From an uncultured Enterobacteriaceae bacterium (lineage in GTDB: Bacteria > Pseudomonadota > Gammaproteobacteria > Burkholderiales > SG8-39): a stretch of DNA of 64,000 nt. The stretch is from contig CAZMGP010000021.1 of the NCBI GenBank assembly GCA_964565875.1, positions 9,094 to 73,093 of the forward strand, in the 5' to 3' direction. Each line of letters begins with the position of its first letter. Within the stretch, counting starts at the first letter, position 1. Both the position numbers and the translations under genes were made by a program. Below, piece after piece: positions 40,394 to 47,693 of this stretch. Under the pieces are notes generated by a model. That model did no database searches, was not told the origin of the DNA, and was given only the letters and a program-made list of their open reading frames with translations.

Positions 40394-41143
40394 TTAGTGA
40401 ATCAACATGCCGCCATTTACATCGAGCGTAATGCCCGTGAGATAGCTGGAAAGATCGCTCGCCAGGAACAGACAGCAGTTCGCGACATCGAGCGCATCAC
40501 CGAGCCGATTCAACGGAATCCCTTTCAGGATTTCCGCCTTCAGTTCGGGCGTGAGCTTTCCGCCGGTGATGTCGGTCTGGATCAGGCCTGGCGTCACAGA
40601 ATTGACGCGCACGTTGTCCGGGCCCAGTTCGCGCGCCATGGCCTTATGCAGACCGAGAACGCCCGCCTTGGCTGCGGAGTAGTGCGGTCCGCCGAAGATA
40701 CCGCCACCGCGCTGAGCCGAAACCGACGAAAGGCAAATGATCGATCCCGCTTTGCGCTGGCGCATGTGCGGGATCACGGCTTGACTCATGTAGAGCGTGC
40801 CCCGCAGCGACACATCGGTCACGGCTTCGTAGTTTTCTGGTTGAATTTCCATCAGTTTCAGCGGTTGCGTGATGCCGGCGTTGTTCACGAGTATGTCGAC
40901 GCGTCCGAGCTTCTCAATGACGGCCGCTGCCGCGCGTTCGCAATCGCTCTTTTTTGTCACGTTGCACGCGAGCCCGATGTGGTCGGAGCCAATGTCGGCA
41001 GCGGCAGCCGCCGCCGCGTCCGCACTCAAATCCAGTATGGCAACACGCGCGCCCTGTTCTGCGAAGAGTCGAGCCGTCGCTTTACCGATACCACGCGCCG
41101 ATGCAGCCCCCGTAACGATGGCAACCCTGTCCTTTAAAAGCAT
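40394..41143 (-). CDS. SDR-family oxidoreductase (FabG-like)
   Basis: Taken from ATG 41143: MLLKDRVAIVTGAASARGIGKATA (TGxxxGxG motif), NNAG, and YSAAK (YxxxK catalytic motif). Confidence 0.85.
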   Translation of the reverse strand: MLLKDRVAIVTGAASARGIGKATARLFAEQGARVAILDLSADAAAAAAADIGSDHIGLACNVTKKSDCERAAAAVIEKLGRVDILVNNAGITQPLKLMEIQPENYEAVTDVSLRGTLYMSQAVIPHMRQRKAGSIICLSSVSAQRGGGIFGGPHYSAAKAGVLGLHKAMARELGPDNVRVNSVTPGLIQTDITGGKLTPELKAEILKGIPLNRLGDALDVANCCLFLASDLSSYLTGITLDVNGGMLIH

Positions 41144-41290
41144 GAGACCTCCCTCTGTCAGTCGGTGACATGCAAAGCGCCGCCACCGCAATTCCGTGTC
41201 TGGAATTCTGGGCATGGATGATCATGAAGACAAGAGATACTTTATCAGCGTAAGATGACGTTTTGTCATGTTACCTACATAGCGATAGTG

Positions 41291-42172
41291 ATGAGCTCGC
41301 ATCCGCCGATCAGCAATTTGCTTGCTTTCGAGACCGTCGCCCGACGCCGCAGTTTTGCGGTGGCCGCCAAGGAACTACACCTCACCGCCTCGGCGGTGAG
41401 TCATCAGGTTGCGCGTCTGGAATCTGCATTGGGCGTGCGCTTGTTCGAGCGCAATGCGCACGGCGTGAAACTGAGCGCTGCAGGCGAGCGCTATTTGACG
41501 CGTGTGAGCGGAGCGCTTGCAGCCATCAACAGCGCGAGCGACGACCTGCGCCAGGGCGTCGGCAACAGTTTGTATCTGCACGCTTCGCCCAGCTTTGCCA
41601 GCCTTTGGCTGATGCCCCGCCTCAGCGACTTCACGCGGTCGCATCCAGAGGTCTCGCTCAATCTTTCGGCTGCGCATACGCACAGTGATTTCGCGCTCGG
41701 ACAGGCCGATCTCGACATCCGCTATGGCGTGCCGCAGTGGCCGGATCTTGAAATCGTTCCACTCTTCGAGGAAAGGATTCTTCCCCTGGCCAGCCCGTGG
41801 TTCATTCGCGAGCATAGGCTGCGGCGAGCGGAACGTTTGCGCGATGCCCCGCTGATACAAAGCAACGTTAATGTCGTACAGTGGTCCGACTGGCTGCGTC
41901 GCTTCACGAATTTGCAAACGCCTGAGCGCTTCGCGCTGCGATTCGATCGCGCGCAGATGTCACTCGATGCGGCGATACAGGGTCTGGGCATTGCGCTGGA
42001 AAGTGCCACCATTGCCGGCAAGCACATCCGCGAGGACAAGCTGCGGCCGGTTTTCGGACTCGACAAAGCGATCAAGGTTAAGGCGCATTTTGCGGTGTAC
42101 CCGGCGCGACACGCTCGGCGCCCCACTGTTGCGACTTTTCTGCATTGGTTGCATAGGCAGTCTGCAACGTAA
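41291..42172 (+). CDS. LysR-family transcriptional regulator (GcvA-like), divergent from the SDR-TRAP-transketolase operon
   Basis: Taken from ATG 41291: PISNLLAFETVARRRSFAVAAKELHLTASAVSHQVARLESALGVRLFER is the LysR wHTH domain. Confidence 0.85.
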   Translation: MSSHPPISNLLAFETVARRRSFAVAAKELHLTASAVSHQVARLESALGVRLFERNAHGVKLSAAGERYLTRVSGALAAINSASDDLRQGVGNSLYLHASPSFASLWLMPRLSDFTRSHPEVSLNLSAAHTHSDFALGQADLDIRYGVPQWPDLEIVPLFEERILPLASPWFIREHRLRRAERLRDAPLIQSNVNVVQWSDWLRRFTNLQTPERFALRFDRAQMSLDAAIQGLGIALESATIAGKHIREDKLRPVFGLDKAIKVKAHFAVYPARHARRPTVATFLHWLHRQSAT

Positions 42173-42486
42173 CGTCGGCAAGATACTTTGTTGGATCGGG
42201 GCATCGTCCAGAATGATTCCTTTGGCTCGATAGCGCCAGTTTGTCCTTAGAACATGTAGCAGAAGATCATCGGCGCAAAGCGGTCGGAAGGAATTTCGCG
42301 CTCAGAGCTACTGAATGGAGTGGAATCGTCGGTGTCGCCACCTCGCGACGACCGCCCGCAGCGCAAGCGAGGACGGACGCCGCGAGGCGGCGGACCTGGT
42401 CAGCCTGGCCCCCGTTGTGTAGTAACACGGGGGCCTACGGATACAACAGCCCCCTTTCTGCCCTCGTTTGCCTGATTCCAACTTTC

Positions 42487-43125
42487 CTAAAGCAATCCGC
42501 GCTCGGCAAAGCTCAGAGTCTTGTTGCCTGCGATGATGAAGTGATCCAGGGTTTTGACGTCAACCAGCGCCAATGCCTGCTTTAGCGTACCCGTAAGCAG
42601 TTCGTCTGCCCGGCTGGGCTCGGCTACGCCGGAGGGGTGATTGTGGGCAAAGATCACGGCGGCAGCATTGACCTTTAGTGCGGCCTTTACCACCTCCCGA
42701 GGATAAACGCTTGCCTGCGTCAGCGTGCCCCGGAACAGTTCTTCGGTAGTAATAACCCGGTTCTGGGCGTCCAGAAAGATCACGGCAAAGACTTCATGCG
42801 GCAGACCTGCAAGGCGAAGTCTAAGGAAATCACGCACAGCGGCCGGACTGCATAGGGCGTCCCGGTGCTTCAGCTCTTCGGCCAGGGATCGGGCGGCTAG
42901 TTCCTTGGCTGCCTGCAGCTTGGTCAGGGGGTCGCCCGTATAGCTGCGCTTCACTTCAGAACAAAAGAGGTCGCCCGCTTCCTGCGGGGTCTGGTGCAGC
43001 AGGGCATACAGGGACCCTTTCGCATTGCGTAGCAGAGTTTCCGCCGTCTTACGGTTACCTAACAGCACGGTAAGCAGTTCGATATCGGAAGATGCCGAGA
43101 TAATCATTTCAGAGTTGAGCAGCAT
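42487..43125 (-). CDS. radC: RadC-family JAB/MPN domain protein
   Basis: AAGGAGG RBS. The C-terminal JAMM motif context is [20 protein letters not shown]. RadC is a typical passenger of integrative elements. Confidence 0.85.
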   Translation of the reverse strand: MLLNSEMIISASSDIELLTVLLGNRKTAETLLRNAKGSLYALLHQTPQEAGDLFCSEVKRSYTGDPLTKLQAAKELAARSLAEELKHRDALCSPAAVRDFLRLRLAGLPHEVFAVIFLDAQNRVITTEELFRGTLTQASVYPREVVKAALKVNAAAVIFAHNHPSGVAEPSRADELLTGTLKQALALVDVKTLDHFIIAGNKTLSFAERGLL

Positions 43126-43389
43126 TTGCGCCTCCTTTGCGCTGGTTAAAAACTGCTGCTCATGCGAAGTTCTCTTCGCCTCCCCCTGGGGGGACGGGAG
43201 GGGGAGGTTTAGGTTGGAAATGCTTTAGCCGCCCAGCTTCGGCGGCTTGTCTTTGCTGCTCACGCTTTCGTCCCCTTCACTCGAAGATGAGGGGCGAAAG
43301 AAAGAGAGCAGCGACCATGCCGCGTTGGGCGGTGCGTTTCGGATGGGCTACGGGGGGCAAGGCGACGCGGCAGTTCGCGTCGTAGGTTT

Positions 43390-43490
43390 GCAACCGCGTG
43401 ACAGGAAGCTTTGTCCTGGCGCGTGCGTTGCGGGGGCGAGGTAAGCAGCAATCACGTGACAGGGTGGTTCATCCTGGCGCGTGGGTTGCG
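43390..43490. repeat. Two tandem copies (period 58 bp) of a ~43-bp unit, each an imperfect long hairpin
   Basis: 43390-43432 is GCAACCGCGTGACAGGAAGCTTTGTCCTGGCGCGTGCGTTGCG. 43448-43490 is GCAATCACGTGACAGGGTGGTTCATCCTGGCGCGTGGGTTGCG. In each unit, GTGACAGG.. and ..TCCTGGCGCG, and the outer GCAA./.GTTGC, are self-complementary. Confidence 0.6.
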
Positions 43491-43622
43491 TAAGGCTGGC
43501 GCCTCTATTTGTGGGGATCATGGCTTGCCGGGCCCGCGAGAACTAGCGACGATTAACGAGCATCGAAGAGATCCAGCGAACTCCAAGCGCAATATCGAGC
43601 GGGAATTGGCGACCTGTATAAA

Positions 43623-43651
43623 TTGACAGCCTCTAGGATTTCGTCTAAGCT
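43623..43651 (+). promoter_or_regulatory. Sigma70-like promoter for the 43805-45628 module
   Basis: TTGACA, a 17-nt spacer, then TAAGCT, ~150 nt upstream of ATG 43805. It is followed by repeated AAGCTT/CAGCTT palindromic half-sites at 43647-43674. Confidence 0.4.
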
Positions 43652-43804
43652 TTGCGAACAGCTTGGATAGAAGCTTGCCGCCCACCAGTAGGCGCAGTCG
43701 CTCCGACACTATCGGCAATTCAAATCTTTTTTCGGTGAGCTTAGTCGCAGCCGGATCATAAGTGGGCGGTGATTCAATGCTGCATGGACTAGGAGCACTG
43801 AGAG

Positions 43805-44356
43805 ATGCCTGATGTAATCGTCATTCCCTCCGCGGCGGTTGAGGCGCTACGCCGCAAGGCCAAGAAGCTACGCAAGGAACAAGGGGTGCCGCATCACGCG
43901 GCGCTCGATGCGGTTGCGCGCGCGGGCGGCCGGTTTCCCGACTGGCACCATTTGATCGAAGCGGCAAAGGCGACGGAGCCCGCCGAAGAAGCCTTCAAGC
44001 ACGGCCTTGTGATCGGCATGGACATCAAGGACGCGCTGCAGATGCCTGCGGCGAAACTTACCCATTTCATCGAAGATGAACGACTGCAGTACTTTGTCTT
44101 CGATGACTTCGACCTGCACCCGACGGGTGGCCTGGGGGTGGACGAAGATTTGCGCATCGACTCGGTTTATCAAACCGTGTTCTACCGGTCGCGCCGGATC
44201 GTGCCCGCATCGCTTGAAGAAGCGTTCAAATTATGCCGCGCGGATTTCTTCTTCGCGCCACGGTACGTGCGCCTGGGCGGCATCGTCATGTTCGATGTGG
44301 TGGTGGGTGAAGAGGGCGAAGAGGATGAAGATGGCAAAGGGGGGCGCGATGAATGA
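43805..44356 (+). CDS. Hypothetical protein (183 aa) with acidic C-terminal tail
   Basis: AGGAG RBS. Protein-like sequence. The N-terminal segment (ALRRKAKKLRKEQGVPHHAALDAVARAGGRFPDWHHL) resembles a short motif I recall from many island-borne hypothetical proteins. Function unknown. Confidence 0.5.
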   Translation: MPDVIVIPSAAVEALRRKAKKLRKEQGVPHHAALDAVARAGGRFPDWHHLIEAAKATEPAEEAFKHGLVIGMDIKDALQMPAAKLTHFIEDERLQYFVFDDFDLHPTGGLGVDEDLRIDSVYQTVFYRSRRIVPASLEEAFKLCRADFFFAPRYVRLGGIVMFDVVVGEEGEEDEDGKGGRDE

Positions 44357-45440
44357 AGCACCGGCGCCTGGAGTAAAGCTCCTGCTCTTCGGGTGCGACA
44401 CCATCGAATGCGCCTATTACCTGCAGCCGGGACGCGGGCAGGGTCTGGACTTTGGCGGGCTCATCCTGGAACGCGAGCGCCTGCGCCAGAGCAAGAGCCG
44501 GGATCCCAAGCTCGTGACCTTGGGCGGGATGGAATTCCTGCTGCAGCGCTACGGTTCGAGCTCCGGCTACCCGATCGTGCTCGATAACGCCGACATGACC
44601 ATCCAATGCGGCGAGCTCAATAGTCCGTCTTTCTTCGTCACCTACCGTTCGGAAGCCCTCTGGCGAGATTCCCCGCAGGTGCTGCACGACCGGTTCATGT
44701 CCTGGGCGGATGGCCTGGGATTCCAGGCGCAAAAGCGCGAAGGCTTATCGAGGGTAGATTTCACCTTCGATTATCACCTGCCAGCGGTCGATTTCGATGA
44801 GGAGAGCTTCGTATCGCTCTCCTCTGCCGATAGCAAGTTCCGGCGCGACCGCAAGCTCCGGGGGGTGGCCTTCGGGCAGTCCGACGTACGGCTGCGGGTC
44901 TATGACAAGGTGGCGGAGATCGAGGAGCAAAGCCTCAAGGTCTGGTTCTATGACCTCTGGGGCCGTAAGGACGAAGTCTGGCGCATCGAATGGCAGGTAA
45001 GGAAGGAAGTCTTGAAGCGCTTTGGCATCCGCACCTTTGCGGATCTGGCGGATCAGCAAGGCGACGTACTGCGTTACCTCGCCACGGAACACGATACCTT
45101 GCGCATCCCGAACTCGGATCCGAATCGCTCACGCTGGCCGCTGCACCCTCTTTGGATCGACCTGCAGGCGCAAATCGCGCAGCTCCCGGCCCAGGGCGTG
45201 TATCGGGAGATGGACCCCCAGGCTGCGCTGCGCGAGCGCCTCTACCGCCTCGCCATCAGCATGTACGGCAATCTGAAGCGCCTGGCGGCGCTCGATGGCG
45301 TACAGCGCGGCGCGGCGGAGGTATCCAAGATCGAGGCCATGGAACGGCTAAGTGAGCTCGTTAGCCGGGTGCACGATCCTCTCAACTGGCAGATCGACGT
45401 GCAAAAGCGCATCGACCAGGTGAGGCTGGGGCAATGGTGA
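44349..45440 (+). CDS. Replication initiation factor (Rep_trans / phage gene II-like rolling-circle initiator) family protein
   Basis: ATG 44349 follows AAGGGGGG and overlaps the upstream ORF by 8 nt. Motifs LSRVDFTFDY, VRLRVYDKVAEIEE and EVWRIEWQVRKEVL fit the RvD..D / YDK..E / wRvE pattern of this family as I remember it. Confidence 0.55.
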   Translation: MNEAPAPGVKLLLFGCDTIECAYYLQPGRGQGLDFGGLILERERLRQSKSRDPKLVTLGGMEFLLQRYGSSSGYPIVLDNADMTIQCGELNSPSFFVTYRSEALWRDSPQVLHDRFMSWADGLGFQAQKREGLSRVDFTFDYHLPAVDFDEESFVSLSSADSKFRRDRKLRGVAFGQSDVRLRVYDKVAEIEEQSLKVWFYDLWGRKDEVWRIEWQVRKEVLKRFGIRTFADLADQQGDVLRYLATEHDTLRIPNSDPNRSRWPLHPLWIDLQAQIAQLPAQGVYREMDPQAALRERLYRLAISMYGNLKRLAALDGVQRGAAEVSKIEAMERLSELVSRVHDPLNWQIDVQKRIDQVRLGQW

Positions 45441-45628
45441 TGCTGCAGGCGATCGTCGATGCGCTGAACGCCCGCAAGAACAAAGTGCTGCTGCTTGCGC
45501 AGGCTGCGCTGCCGGATACGCAGTTTCAGGCATTTCGCAAGCTCTTTCTCGGTGAATTTGGCAGGGACGGACTGGAACGGGAGTTGGAACACCTCTTCGC
45601 CGGGAAAGACAAGGAACGGAGCCGCTAG
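45434..45628 (+). CDS. Small hypothetical protein (64 aa)
   Basis: The ATG overlaps the Rep-like stop (ATGGTGA), suggesting translational coupling. Helical sequence with no recognisable family. Confidence 0.4.
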   Translation: MVMLQAIVDALNARKNKVLLLAQAALPDTQFQAFRKLFLGEFGRDGLERELEHLFAGKDKERSR

Positions 45629-45666
45629 GGCGGGAATAGACATGCAAGAAAGGAGGTGCGCTATGT

Positions 45667-45837
45667 GTGCGAGACGACACGAACAATTCCGAAGTCCGAA
45701 ACGTCAATGTGGTGTTTAGGCGGGACTTCAAAGATGGGACGCTCTCAGAACGGGAGCGGGAGTGCCTGCGCGCATTCCTGCCCGGACTGATAATGGAGCT
45801 CGTCCAAACAGGTTTGCAGGATCACGACGAGGAGTAA
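45667..45837 (+). CDS. Possible small ORF (56 aa, GTG start) ending 6 nt before the recombinase ATG
   Basis: Not in the track because it is under 60 aa. VRDDTNNSEVRNVNVVFRRDFKDGTLSERERECLRAFLPGLIMELVQTGLQDHDEE. AGGAGG lies 10 nt upstream. A competing 18-codon ATG ORF at 45663 has better spacing. Confidence 0.25.
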   Translation: MRDDTNNSEVRNVNVVFRRDFKDGTLSERERECLRAFLPGLIMELVQTGLQDHDEE

Positions 45838-45843
45838 TCGATC

Positions 45844-47451
45844 ATGGCGGCAGCGCTCTATGCTCGGGTATCGACCACACGGCAGGCGGAGAACGAGCTC
45901 TCCATTCCGGACCAGTTGCAGCAGATGCGCGACTGGTGCAAGGCGCAGGGCATGCTCGTCGCCAAGGAATACGTGGAGCCGGGGGCCTCGGCGACAGATG
46001 ACCGGCGCCCGGTGTTCCAGGACATGATCGCGGATGCCACGATCAGCCCGGCGCCCTTCGAGGTCATAGTGGTGCATAGCCTGTCGCGCTTCTTTCGGGA
46101 CGCGATCGCCCTGGGGCTGTATGAGCGAAAGCTCGCCAAGCATGGCGTGAAAGTGATCTCGATCACGCAGCAGACGAGTGATGACCCCTCAGGCGAGCTC
46201 ACCCGGCGCATCTTCTCGGTGTTCGATGAGTATCAGAGCAAGGAAAACGCCAAGCACACCTCCCGTGCCATGCGCGAGAACGCAAGACGCGGGTACTTCA
46301 ACGGCTCGCACGCCCCCTTTGGCTACCAGGTGGTCGCTACCGAAGCGATCGGCAACCGCGGCCGCAAAAAGAAAAAACTCGCCATCGATGAAGGGGAATC
46401 AACCATCGTGCGGCGCATCTATGAACTCTATCTCGAAGGGCTCGACGGCAGGACGATGGGGATCAAGGAGATCGCCAAATACCTGAACGCCAGGGGGCAA
46501 CTCATGCGCGGCCGGCCCTGGCGCATCCAGAAGGTGCACGAGGTGCTATCTGGCCGGGCCTATCTCGGTGAGCACTACTTCAACGTCAAGGACTCCCGCA
46601 CCAAGAAGAAGCGCCCGCCGTCTGAGTGGATCAAGGTCATGGCCGATCCGATCGTGGACGAGGAAACCTTCGAGCGGGTGCGCCAGCGGCGCGAGGAACG
46701 CTCGCCGGCCACGCAGGCGCCACGCCTGGTGTCTTCCCCTACCCTACTCACAGGCTTGCTCAAATGCGGGCATTGCGGCGCGGGTATGACCTTGACGACG
46801 GGCAAGAGCGGCCGCTACCGGTATTACAAGTGCACGAATCGCTTGAGTAAGGGCAATGCGCAGTGCGCAAGCGCGAATGTCCCGATGGAGAAACTTGACG
46901 AACTGGTGATCGAGCGGCTCGCTGATCGCGCCTTCACCCCGGAACGGCTGCAGCTGATGCTGGCAGAAGCACGCCATCTGCTGAACGCCAGGCAATCGGA
47001 AGACAAGGCGAAGCTTGCGACCCTGCAAGCGGATTTGAAGCGTGCGGAGGGCCGGCTAAATCGGCTCTACGATGCGCTTGAAACCGGTGTGGTCGAGCTC
47101 GATGACACCTTCCAGCGCCGGGCTCACCAGGCCAAGGCTGGGCGCGAATCGGTGCTGATCGAAATGGCGGGCTTGAGAAGGCGTCAGGCACTGCCGCTTG
47201 CGCGCATCCTGCCAAGCCATGTTGCGGCGTTCTCCAAGGTCATACGGGCGCGGCTTCGGGACAAGTCCTCAGGATTCGCCAAAGACTACCTGCGTGCCGT
47301 GGTGGACGAGATCCGTATCGAAGGGAAGGCAGCGACGATTTCGGGAAGTTATGAACGGCTGGTCGCAGCGGTTGCAAACAAAAAAGAGGGCACCGGTCTA
47401 GTGCCCTCTTTTATGCGTGAATGGCGCGCCCGACAGGAGTCGAACCTGTGA
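45844..47451 (+). CDS. Large serine recombinase (integrase of the island)
   Basis: [14 protein letters not shown] carries the catalytic Ser. A resolvase-type domain ([11 protein letters not shown]), a recombinase domain, a Cys-rich zinc-ribbon segment (CGHCGAGM...[15 protein letters not shown]) and a long helical tail follow. The last 30 nt overlap tRNA-Arg. Confidence 0.85.
   Translation: MAAALYARVSTTRQAENELSIPDQLQQMRDWCKAQGMLVAKEYVEPGASATDDRRPVFQDMIADATISPAPFEVIVVHSLSRFFRDAIALGLYERKLAKHGVKVISITQQTSDDPSGELTRRIFSVFDEYQSKENAKHTSRAMRENARRGYFNGSHAPFGYQVVATEAIGNRGRKKKKLAIDEGESTIVRRIYELYLEGLDGRTMGIKEIAKYLNARGQLMRGRPWRIQKVHEVLSGRAYLGEHYFNVKDSRTKKKRPPSEWIKVMADPIVDEETFERVRQRREERSPATQAPRLVSSPTLLTGLLKCGHCGAGMTLTTGKSGRYRYYKCTNRLSKGNAQCASANVPMEKLDELVIERLADRAFTPERLQLMLAEARHLLNARQSEDKAKLATLQADLKRAEGRLNRLYDALETGVVELDDTFQRRAHQAKAGRESVLIEMAGLRRRQALPLARILPSHVAAFSKVIRARLRDKSSGFAKDYLRAVVDEIRIEGKAATISGSYERLVAAVANKKEGTGLVPSFMREWRARQESNL
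47422..47438. repeat. Proximal att direct repeat, the 3' end of tRNA-Arg (TGGCGCGCCCGACAGGA)
   Basis: Identical to 33256-33272. It covers part of the T-stem 3' arm, the acceptor 3' arm, the discriminator base and CCA. Confidence 0.8.
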
Positions 47452-47498
47452 CCTTTGGCTTCGGAAACCAACACTCTATCCAGCTGAGCTACGGGCGC
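47422..47498 (-). tRNA. tRNA-Arg (anticodon CCG), 77 nt with encoded CCA
   Basis: Folded by hand. Acceptor GCGCCCG/CGGGCGC, D-arm GCTC/GAGT, anticodon arm TTGGT-[TTCCGAA]-GCCAA, variable loop AGGTC, T-arm ACAGG-[TTCGACT]-CCTGT, discriminator G, CCA. Confidence 0.9.
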
Positions 47499-47507
47499 GT
47501 AGGCGAA

Positions 47508-47513
47508 AGTATA
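47508..47513 (-). promoter_or_regulatory. Possible -10 box (TATACT) for tRNA-Arg
   Basis: On the minus strand, TATACT lies 9 nt upstream of the mature tRNA 5' end. The -35 region is poor (TGGAGG at a 17-nt spacing). Confidence 0.3.
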
Positions 47514-47693
47514 CCGGCTTTTGCCCTTAGCCTCCATGCGCACGCGCTTTCAAGGGGTTGGCGTTTGCGACTATAATGCGCGCGTTTGCAAGGACTTAAG
47601 AGCGCTCGCCAGGCTTGAGCCGGCGGGCGCGAGAACAGAGGGAGAACAAGGGCGCGCGCCCGCAAAGCGGAGTGCCGACGCCAGAGGAAATCC

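Larger units (their letters stand above)
33256..47438. mobile_element. ~14.2-kb tRNA-Arg-associated integrative island (serine recombinase, Rep_trans-like, RadC, metabolic cargo)
   Basis: A 17-bp direct repeat at both ends, one copy being the tRNA 3' end. The recombinase gene abuts the tRNA. A truncated gene sits at the distal edge. Part of the interval is visibly more AT-rich than the flanks (by eye). Confidence 0.75.

Noticed and set aside
42181-42486. The 300-bp non-coding gap between the LysR gene and radC, examined for a gene remnant or a second att site.
   Set aside because: No frame gives a recognisable protein fragment, and there is no copy of the att repeat. Only a hairpin is present (GCCCCCGT..ACGGGGGC at ~42408-42434). 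It may mark the cargo/core junction, but I cannot support that from the sequence.
43179-43208. CCTCCCCCTGGGGGGACGGGAGGGGGAGG upstream of radC, considered as a G-quadruplex or regulatory hairpin.
   Set aside because: The G-tracts do not give four clean G3 runs with loops. The C7/G7-type hairpin is plausible, but it is a single occurrence with no context, so it is not strong enough to report as a feature.
43390-43490. The tandem repeats considered as a mini CRISPR array.
   Set aside because: There are only two imperfect copies with a 15-nt spacer, and no cas genes or leader. The repeat structure fits hairpin or iteron-type sites instead.
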